In this document: positions 1 to 10,507 of the stretch, in pieces
Position numbering within the stretch: the first letter of the stretch is position 1
Layout of the letters: every line of letters starts with the position of its first letter
Origin: Phallusia mammillata
Taxonomy: Eukaryota
Length of the DNA stretch: 64,000 nucleotides
NCBI GenBank assembly: GCA_965637545.1
Contig: OZ281501.1
Location: forward strand, 11,966,001-12,030,000
Direction of reading: 5' to 3'
Made by a program: the position numbers and the translations under genes
Notes under the pieces: model-generated
What the model was told of the DNA's origin: nothing
What the model saw: the letters and a program-made list of their open reading frames with translations, nothing else
The model's database searches: none

Positions 1-1581
1 ATTGTGCGTTGATTTAATTTGTTTAATATATTTATCGTGATGTAACGACCAAAATTTGATTTACAATGAATTTTTGAACTCCTGGTCACGATCACGATGA
101 TAGCAGTTAATGTGCCAAACTCGTTCCCCCTTAAATTATTTAAATTTTGCTTTAGATTTAAATTGTTATGCGCTAGAACCCTCCAAAAGTTATCTCAACT
201 ACTCCATTTTTTACTGCCGTATGCTATTTTTGTTATTTTACTGCAAACGTTTCAAAAATTGTTGTTATTATCGATCGTTCAAAACTAGGAAACCATAACC
301 ATGCAGACAATAAACTGAGATGCTGGTAGTGACGTCAGACAAATGTGAACGGAAATGGAGATAACACAAAGCTTACAGTGTGGGTATCCACGTCACTTTT
401 GGGAGCGTTTAAACTGTCTTCCCATCAAATCCTCACACACTGATTTCTGCTACATTTTTACTACATCAGAAATGTTTTGACGTAAAAGTATTATTACTAT
501 AGTTATTTTTATACATTGTATCCCAAGAATATACCAATAGCCCAAAACCTGTGAGCAGTAGACGTTTAGGCGTCGATATTGCATGAAACAGTAAAACTTA
601 CATGGTCATAATAATCAATGAAATTCGCTCACCTTTGTGGTCCTTGTTTGATTGTTCTTTCTATGCTTTCTTATTGGCATTAACGTCAGACGGTTGTGTT
701 AAATTGTGTACACTTTTTTCTGCGCCACAGTTGGTGTTGCGTTTGTAAAAGTGAAAAACAGCGTTTTTCAGGATCGCAAAAACGACAAGTCAAACAAGAC
801 AATATTTTGTGGTCATATAAAAGGGCCTCGCCACAGGTATGTTTAAAACTTGCCAACTTACCGACCTTGATAAAGAGTTTAAAGCATGAAACGGGAGCCT
901 AAAAACTAATGTTGTACAATTAAATTAGGCTTGGAAACTGACATTGAATTGTTAATTTAAGCTTTTGAAACACATGGAACAACAAATGTTTAGGAGATTT
1001 GCATTAACTTAGCAGCAATTTACTAATTGTAGTGCATATAACTTACTGAGTTTAAGTTTACGGTTAAAAGAAAACAACCTGTAGCTGACGTCACGCAACA
1101 ATGGCAAAATACAAACCTGATGCTTTGTTGTGCTGGTTCCGCTTTTTACCTTTATTGGTGTACAATTATCTCAGCGCACACAGTTCAACCAGCAGGATAT
1201 GGGTGTCAATATTTTTTAATGTTTTGCATTGTTGCAACATATGTGGTACATTTTAGGCCTGATGAGTTAAATCATTTGTATGTTGCTTCATGATTATAGT
1301 ATGTTGAGCTTTTTACTGCTTTAAAATGGCACAAAAATGTTGTGAAGTTAATAATCTGCAGAAAGTAAAAATTGTGCACATTTACATCCCTAGCCAATTA
1401 TCTTGGTTCTTTTGCTGTCCATCTTACTACTGTCGATTCTGCAACCAAAACAATGTATAATTCCGTAGTAGCATGCAGTAACTTTTGGGAATATATATAC
1501 ATTTATATTTATTTTTACAGCGTTTACATCCACAGTTACAATAACATTTAGTGAAGATTTGTGGCTATCCTGAAACGAAAA

Positions 1582-4500
1582 ATGAAAAGAAGTGCGAAGA
1601 TTTTATCAGCTGTAGACTGGGGCAGTGGTACAGAAAAAACATCTAAAACTTCTGCGCAAGTAAAATCGGATGAAGAATGCGTTGAAACGAAAGTTGGGAC
1701 ACAAACTGGTAAGTTACGTCTTAGCCATTAAACAGTTGTAAATGCAGTTCATGGAGAAAGAAAGATACTTTGTTTTATCATCCTGAAGTTTCGCAACAAT
1801 GCTTTAAAATACCATCGTTTGTCAAGGAACCAAAAAATAACACTTTGAATGCAATCTTTCATTGCTTTATTTTACATTCAAAACCAGCCAAGCGTATCAA
1901 AACAAATAACCATTAAACGTGGCAGTGTTCAGTATAGAATGTGTTGCAGCGATCGTTAACTGTTGAATGTTGCCGGATTACAGGACTTTTGGAAATCAGC
2001 AACAAAACCAAGTTGACATGCAGACAGGGTAAGTATACACTATTGTATTTGTCCGTATGGTCAGTAAGAGATTTGTTCTACTGAACCAAACAAAATATTT
2101 AGGTCAACCAACAAACTCTACTACGTTTGTCATCACCGACAGCACTATCACAAATTCTTTGCTTGGCTCCGATTCTGTACATATTGAGCATCACGGTAAG
2201 CATTTATTGTTGAAGCGCTATCAAATTAAAAACTAGGCTTTTAGTTCACTGGTGGATTCTCGTTGCTACAGCTTTGGTAAATATTTGTACCAAGTGTTTG
2301 GACTTTACCGCAAAAAACAAAAACTAATACAGATGGCGTAAAGCAACCAAACGCAATAATCACTAACGACTGTCAGTCTGTAAGAAATCTTGAAAAGCGA
2401 GTTAGTGTACTTTTTTTCAATATAGTCTTGGTTGATGGAAAAAAGCACGTGCATGTTAACATGCTTGATTAGTGTTGCTAATTTTTAGGCGTACTTTCTC
2501 AAAGTATCAGAAATAAACAAAGGTGTTTTGATTTTTCAGACTATATGTTCCTATACACTCAAATTTGTAATGCACTAACCAAAAAATGAATAATAATCAA
2601 CGATAGATAAATAATCATTGTTAGTGTAAAAACTGTTTGTAATCCTAGAAAACACGCAACAGCAGGCAACAAAACTTGAAATGCCGACGACAGTGGACAA
2701 TGTAAAACAACCAACAGCCAACTTCATACAAACCGAGGACTACGTTAGAGCCGAGGGCAAAGTTAAGAATGCAACAGTAGCCATATTGCACGTTCATGGA
2801 TTTCCCGGCACAGGAAAATCTGAAATAGTTCGTCGTTTGGCTTCCAAATTTCCTTTTACGGGGGCCTCAATAAGTGTGAAGTGGCACATTGAGTGTCAAG
2901 ATGGAAGCCAGAATGTCGACCAGGAGCTTACCGCTATTGTAAAACATCTCAAACAAAATCAGTTTGCCATTCATGGAGGTCAGGGAGTGGGCGATGAGCT
3001 TTCTAAGGGCAGAGCAAAACCTTTTGTCACCTTACTGCGATCTTTACATGTCCCTGTGCTTATTGTTATCGAGGACCCCAAACCGAGCGATTTTGCAGTT
3101 TTGCGAGACTTGCTCACGACTGTCGACGATAAACGTACACAATCTGATAACGACCATTTTCACATTTACATCACCTCTCGTAAAAACGCTGTGGCTTTGC
3201 CTAACAGTGACCTTCAAGCTGGATTACAGTGCTACAAAGGTCACAAGGTTGATGGATTCTCGGAGAGCGAAGGATTGCAGCTTCTGCTTCCGTCAGACCC
3301 CAACGTTTCTGAAGTTGACCGTAAAGCAGCTCTGCGGATAATCGCTTTAAATAGTGGATCTCCTCTTGGTCTGATTGCAGTTAAGGCAAACTGCCGAAGG
3401 TCGCGCATATCTTATGAAGAATATTTGGAGATGGCAGAGGACGATAAAATGGAGACAGAGGTTCAGGAGCTCGAATCAAGCCAACTGCAGGAGGAATATG
3501 GCGACAACTTCAGGCATCTTTTCCGGTCTGTTGTTTTGTTGTTAAAACCTAAAGAAAATGCGGAGGATCGAATTTACCACGATATTTGGCAAGTAATGAC
3601 AAGTTTGTGCTTCTTGCATCACGGAGACGTTCCGAGGCAGTTAGTCGGTAAAATAGCGCAGAGCCTGAATAACACGGAAAACGACGATATCAAGCACACG
3701 TCGCAACGAAATACCGTGGTCTCCGGAAACGTGATTTCACATTTGGAAGATTATGGCATCTGCAAAGTGGACGGGAGCGGCTACGCAGAGACAACTGTCT
3801 CCTTTCATGAAGTTATATTTCGTGCCGTTAGGGTTATGTTAAAGTTGGACCGTGGTCATGAAATTTACATCAAGAAGCTACAACGTGCACTTCTTGCCCT
3901 CAGTGCGATAGTACACAAGGATTTGCGCAAGTCCGTTGACAACGTCTTCATGAACAAAGTGGCGCCGCAAATTCAAATTGGACTAGCACACGCTCGGGAG
4001 CAGTTTAAACTTGAAGATGCAGTTACACCAGACAACTTTCTTTTAAGAATGTGCGTTTGTCACCTTAGCGAGGTGATTGGTATTGTTAAAAGTCTTGGCG
4101 TCTTGTCGACAAAGCAGTACTCCGAAAATTGCCTTGAGTTTGCAGCAGAAATAATACTGAAAACGGTTGCTGGTCTTACTGGGGCAAACTTCGATTCCAC
4201 TATCTTGCAGCCAAATGAGAATCTCTCGACAGATGAAGTAGGAGAGAATATTGCGAAGAACTGCGTCACGGCTGGAAATGTGTTGTGTAAATCACTGCCA
4301 ATCGACTTGCTGGATCGTTACTTCACAGTCGTTTTACAAATGCAAATATCCGAATTGGACTTCCTGCAAAACAACGCGCCTGGCAATAAAGTGGTTCAAT
4401 CTGCAAAATTAGCAACCAAGAAAAAGGTGGGTTTGAATTCTCAGATTATGCGTGGGCTGCGTGAATCCAAGGAGATATTTCTCAACACAGAGGCGCACTG

Positions 4501-5302
4501 CTCGGTTTTCTTCGCAGAACGCCTTGCCTCAATCCTTCACACATGGGGCCGCGTATTGCTGTATTACCACATACCGATAACAGCAGACATGCGGTTGAGA
4601 TATATGTGGTTTTCCAAACTGTCCAACAGCATTTCACGGCACTGTCAACGACTCACTGATGTCCACATTCTCTTTGAACATTTGACTGGTATCAGTTTGG
4701 TCCCAATCATGCTTAAGGGTTTGAGTCAATGCTCAATTGAAGAGAAGAAAAACACACTGATGGAAGCTCATGAGTCGTTAACCAAGATGTTGGACAACAA
4801 CGAAAATGCTGTAACATTCTATGAACACGGCCATATAAAGGAAATAGAGGGATCAGTTTAAACGCAAATGCATCTTCATCGGTTTCTGATTCGTGTCAAT
4901 ACCAAACTGCTAGCGCTTCCCAACTTTCAACAGTCAAAAGACTTCGTCTCAAACTCTGATCAAGTCTATGACGAACTGTACAAACTTGCCACCAAGCACA
5001 TAACGTGGATCATGGCTCCTAAGTGCATTGTCTACTGTGGAAAGTACCAAGCGTGTATAGGGAACTACAACGTGGCGGTAAAATGCTTTGATGAGGCAAT
5101 CCAGGCTGGAATTAAACAGTCCAACAATCTATTTGCCTGGGCCTGTTACAACTTTGCAAGGGCAGTGGTATGTGGCAACGTGATTGGCTACAAAGAATCA
5201 GCAATAGCGAAATGCAAAGAGGCTCTAAAGAATGATGATGACACGGACAGGGATTTGGTCGAAAAGCTGAAAGATCACATGACAAAGTTGTCCGAAATGT
5301 AA
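1582..5302 (+). CDS. NLR-like STAND NTPase (NB-ARC/AP-ATPase) with helical TPR-like C-terminus; one in-frame TAA at 4859-4861 (disrupted allele, pseudogene or base error)
   Basis: ORF 2681-4861 has Walker A GFPGTGKS, Walker B VLIVIED, sensor-I HIYITSR, GxP motif SGSPLGL and MHD-like SFHEV in NB-ARC order. ORF 4868-5302 continues in the same frame with TPR-like helices (GNYNVAVKCFDEAI; FAWACYNFARA). Phase-consistent upstream exons by hand: 1582-1708, 1984-2028, 2103-2195, 2333-2379, 2666-5302. The upstream exon model is less certain than the NTPase call. Confidence 0.8.
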
Positions 5303-5742
5303 ACTTGAGCGTTTTGATTTTTTAAGGAAATGTACATTCGCATAGCAGCTCGATTAACTTTTAAACCGGCAAACTTTTTCTTCTCTGTCGGATGTTGTAA
5401 AAAAATGGATTTGTGAACTAACAATGGCAGTTGTATTTTTGGTTTTTTAAGCACGTGCGCGCGTGTGGGGTGTATGAAAAAAACACCATACGGTACTGTT
5501 CATTGAATCCATTTCACATTTTTGTATTACACTCTTTGCTAGATCGTTTAAAACCATTGTACAGTTTCCTTTTACTTTAAAAGGGACATGATTTTTTTGA
5601 GGTAGTGTGTGATATACGATATATACATAAACTTAACGTCGATCCTGATGTAAAATTATTGCACGATAAAATTATTAAAAAAGAAAATGAAAAAGCATCA
5701 AACATTCGGTGCGAGTGACGAAGAGTTGATTATCACAAGTTG

Positions 5743-8733
5743 TCACAGTTTCATGATCAACGCTGCAATGAACGCCAAAATAATGATGATGCAAAACAAA
5801 ACAAAAAACAAGTTAAAAAAAGATTTTTGCTTTCGATGTTTCTTGACAATCCTCGTATGCAAAGGAAACAGCATTCGTGACTTCTGCGTTAAAATGGTAT
5901 TTCTGGCTGGTTTCCACTGACCTGGGCCGACCAGTCGGTATTGATACGAAGAACATACTTCGCACAACAACTGCCAGTAATAAAGTCACAACAGGATGGT
6001 TAACACAAAACGTTATATTATAACCATACTGTACAAAAAGACTCTAGAAGATAGGCACAACCAATTTTCTCAAATGGACTTTTTGTCAAGCCTTGCAAAG
6101 TTTACATAAATAACGTAATGGCATTCAAATTCGTACAAAGCTTTGGGAAAATAATGCATTGCCTTCGTCACCCAGCAGACAATTTAATCATAATTACCTT
6201 TTTGGCAAGTTTGTAGTCAGTGAAAAACAGTTTCACCAGATTAGGTTTTACTCCGATTTGTTCGGCAATTTGATCCATGTAGTCCACGTGATCAACCTTA
6301 CGAACGAAGAAATATAGTTTATCTGTTGTTCCAAAACAGAAAAGCCTCTGTGCCAACGTACTTCGATTGAATGTCTCTGACTGGCGTAAAATCGTTTCTT
6401 CATCTTTAATCGTTTGTCTTGGATATCTTTCCACATGACGTATTCAGTGGGAAGTCTAGCAAGGCCTGCAAAAACACACAAATATTATGGTGAAAAACCT
6501 CGTTTGGACAGCAGAAACTATTTAGGTATCAGGGCAATGTTTACATGCCAATGCAAGCAGTAAACCTAATACATTAACACACATTTCTTAATTTGCTCCA
6601 AACAATTTTAATTTATGTTTTTCGTCAAACACTGGTTTTTATTACAAAGTTTGCTAGCAAAATTTCGTGTGGAAAGTTGCCGAACCCATGTACTCATGGA
6701 AAAAGGCTTTTACAACTGTACATAATATCCCACCTTTGAATACACGCGTCGCCCATCGGCATTGTATCTCGGAAATCGGGTTGACAGCTCCAAACGCCTG
6801 GACATGGCCAATAACTGCCAGGGTATGATTAGTCAAGGACATAGGCCACATATATTTGTACAAGTCGCCTGCGTTGTCTTCTACCTTCGTTAAAAACCAA
6901 AAAAATAATCAATTTTCTTTTAGAATATATTACATGTGTTGTACGTCTATCAGAGTAATTTGAACAACCTACGTTTAAAATCGAATTCGACAAAAATGGA
7001 AACGAGTATTTATATCCTGTTGCAAACACAATACAATCCACCTCCTCTTCTGTGTCATCATTAAATAGAACGCCAGATTCCCTCAAACACTTCACGTTAC
7101 ATTTGATTTTAATGGAACCTGTGATGATCCTTGAAGGTAAATCGTCGTTCATAGTCAAGTGCTGAATATGAAAAAGTAAACAACGGCGACGTATTAGAAT
7201 GTTTATTATAGTGGATTAATTGTAACATACTGATTTTGCTACAGTACTCACAAGGCTTAGTTTATTCACTATAGGACTTTATGACATGTTGTACATTTGT
7301 TGATTTTTTTGCACAGTTCAGCTAATGCCACAAAAAGATACAGTTTGAAACCTGATTAAATGGGCCATGTTCGGGCATTAATCCATAATGAGCATGATCA
7401 AATTTTTTCATCAACATGTCTTCAATGAAGCTTCTTGTCAACTTCTCTGGTAAGAAGTCCTGCATCAACTTTTGATATCTGCAACATTGACTATTTTCAG
7501 GTTGTTTTGTTTTTAAAAGTTGAAAGTTACTCATTAGTTAATTGTGAGTTGTGTATACATGTTTATAAATAGACTGGCTTGTTAAACTACACAAGTAATT
7601 CAATGTTGTAAATCAAAAATTGACATATTCATAAAGGAAAAAAATGTAGATACCTACCTAGTTACACCAAAAAAATCAACTGGCATTCCATAAGGTCCAA
7701 CACGACTGAAGACCCAGGCACCTCTTCTGGTGCTCAGGTATACCTGTCAAAGAATGCTTACTTTTTTAGAAAATAAACAAAATGTAAAACAGTTTGAACT
7801 GTACCTGCTTAGCATGGGAACTCAGCTCAACAGCAATGTCAGATCCTGAATTTCCTACACCTATCACCAAAACTTTCATATTTTCAAAACCCTTGAAATT
7901 TCTGTAATCTTGACTGTGGATAATTTTTCCCTTGAAAAGGTTTGTGCCTAGAAGTAAATGACAATGAGGACATTTTTTTAATTTTGGAAGTTTTATCTAC
8001 CTGGAAAGTCCTGTTTCGGAAAATAAGGATCAGCATGATGTCCCACAGCCACCAAAACACCATCAACTACATGTTCATCAATTGTTTCGTCATCTTTCTT
8101 TTTTGTCTTTAAAGTCCTTTTGTTTGTTTTTTAAAAGTGGTTGATTTAATAAATGGTTTACTCATAAAACGTTGTTATTTTACCATTTTCCATTCTTGCC
8201 AAAGTCCAGGTGACGTACACATGACAGAACTTCAGTCCCAAACTGGATGTGCTCATGTAACAAAAATCTGAAAAACAATGAATATATGCTTATTGTATTT
8301 ACATGTTCATGTGTGTAAAATTCATATGGTTTTGATTCCTTAAACCCTAAACTAATGCAATCAGGTACCTATTTGCATATCTCCTATAATATTCCTGTAC
8401 TTTGGAATGATGCAAGAAATTTGGCCAGTCTTGGGGCATTGGAAAATCTGAATAGGACATTAACTCCTTACTAGTGTTGATGACAGTAGACTCATAAACA
8501 GTTGCTCCATTCTTTTTGCCTTCTTTATACCTCCATAGACCTAGGTTACATAAAAAATGTTGGTATTTTGCATGCTGCAAATCTGTTTGATAAGTTTTGA
8601 GGATTGAAACAGTACCTCCAAGGTCATCTTGTTTTTCAAAACAGATAGGCACCAATCCTTCATCCAGACAGCATTTTATTGCTGCCAATCCACTTGCACC
8701 AGCACCAATAACAGCAATACACTTTGGACCCAT
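5743..8733 (-). CDS. Flavin-containing monooxygenase (FMO, dimethylaniline monooxygenase family), copy 1, 12 exons
   Basis: N-terminus [16 protein letters not shown] (FAD-binding GxGxxG), [26 protein letters not shown] (NADPH-binding), [26 protein letters not shown], hydrophobic C-terminal anchor. All 12 exons join in frame by GT-AG. Confidence 0.95.
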
Positions 8734-9049
8734 GTCAGCAGAATGTTGTCATCAAACTCAAGTTCGCTTACTTAGCAAATATTCAGATAACATTGGGTTT
8801 AATGATTGACTAATGTAAAAGCAAATATTATACAGCTGTATTGGAAAATACATCAAATTATCACAAGACATTTGTTGTTAGAGCACAAGCCAGTTTTAAA
8901 CAGCATATTTAACATGGCACAGTGAATTGAGCAAGGATAGAAATAATAATCACAGAGTGACAAAAACAAACAACACAAAATATTTCCACAGCAAAATTAA
9001 ACTAAGTAAAACCAAAAAAACAAAACAAATGATTTCATTTTGAAAACAA

Positions 9050-10483
9050 ACTAGAAGGGTGGCTTAGCACATATTGCCCTTGCACATACACTATGATCTA
9101 TTTTAAAACATAAATATATTTCCTATGCTTATTTTGTATTGGGTCCCATATTAGCCATCGTCTTTTATAACCTTGGTTGTTTCTGCAGGCAAAAACTCAT
9201 GGGTCCCCACACATGCAAAGTTGAAAATAATGCAATTCAATAGATAACAATGAGTAAGTTTGGTATTGTGAAGACAAACACAGTGATTGGTACTGTGCAT
9301 ATCTAAATATGCTATATCGAGTAAAAACTATTTAAATTAAAAAACTCATTTTAGGGGGCTAGTAGGATAACTAATTGAGGTTCAACACACACAAACTTAA
9401 AAGTAGGAAACCACAATGACTCAATCAATAGTACTGCAAAATTTCAGTCCAATCTGCCAACGTTTAAAATTTCAACCACTAGAGGTGTTTTGAGCAACAA
9501 CCGTTAATGTTTCTGACGTCAAAGGGCTGTTAACAACCCCCGAACTGCAATGGCGCAATAACGATAATTGGCATACTTTACAAGCTATCCAAATTTTAGC
9601 CAATTCTGACATTGTTTACAAACTCACCCCTTTTAGGGGGCTAGCGGGGTAAATACTAGGGTTATCCGGACAAACAAAGTGGGATGCACATCTACATAAC
9701 TTTATCTACCATCTGTATAAGTTTCAGCCACATCCATCAAGCATTTGATAGAAACACGAGTCGGACAAACTTCGGGGGAAAATACCCATTTTAGGGGGCT
9801 AGCGGGGTAAATACTGGGGTTATCAACAAAAACAAAGTGGGATGCACATCTACATAACTACATCTACCATCTGTATAAGTTTCAGCCCCATCCATCAAGC
9901 ATTTGATGGCAAAACGAGTCAGACAAACTTCGGGGGGGAAAAACATTTTAGGAGGCTAGCGGGGTAAATACTGGGGTTATCAACAAAAACAAAGTGGGAT
10001 GCACATCTACCATCTGTGTAAATTTCAGCCGAATCCATCAAACATTTGATAGAAAAACGAGTCGGACAAACTTCCGGGGAAAACACCTATTTTAGGGGGC
10101 TAGCGAGATAAATACTGGGGTTATCAACAAAAACAAAGTGGGATACACATCTGCATAACTACATCTACCATCTGTGTAAATTTCATCCAAATTCATCCAA
10201 CATTTGATGGAAAAACGAGTCGGACAAACTTCGGGAAAAAATACCCATTTTAGGGGGCTAGCGGGGTAAATACTGGGGTTATCAACAAAAACAAAGTGGG
10301 ATGCACATCTACATAACTACATCTACCAACTGTGTAAATTTCATCCAAATCCATCAAGGATTTGATGGAAAAACGAGTCGGACAAACTTTGGGTAGAAGA
10401 AAAAAAAAGAAAAAAAAAAGAAAACAAACAAACATTTTGAGTAAAATCAATATGTGTCCCCTTCAGGGAAGGGGACCCATAAT
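9050..10483 (+). mobile_element. Non-autonomous Helentron/Helitron2-like (HINE-type) element, copy A, with internal tandem array
   Basis: Starts aCTAGAAGGGTGGCTT and ends in the stem-loop GTCCCCTT..AAGGGGAC followed by CCATAAT. A closely similar copy with the same ends lies at 49374-51232. No TSD or long TIR. The superfamily assignment is inferred from this architecture. Confidence 0.75.
9630..10400 (+). repeat. Minisatellite, ~5 units of ~158 bp, inside element A
   Basis: The anchor CTAGC of ttagggggCTAGCggggtaaatactggggttatc recurs at 9641, 9799, 9956, 10100 and 10258 (periods 158, 157, 144, 158). The 144-bp unit lacks an internal ataactacatctac duplication. Confidence 0.95.
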
Positions 10484-10507
10484 TACCAATCTCTATTTAA
10501 AATCACT

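Noticed and set aside
620-690. - strand MPIRKHRKNNQTRTTK followed by a gtgagc donor (possible partner gene of the NLR-like locus)
   Set aside because: The nearest downstream acceptors lead to stops in all frames within the window, so coding status cannot be supported.
9630-10400. Regularly spaced repeats resembling a CRISPR array
   Set aside because: The units are ~158-bp near-identical tandem copies with no unique spacers, there are no cas genes, and the context is eukaryotic.
10250-10450. ORFs 10250-10450 and 51002-51229 encoding nearly the same peptide
   Set aside because: They are antisense reads of the shared minisatellite unit, not a gene family.
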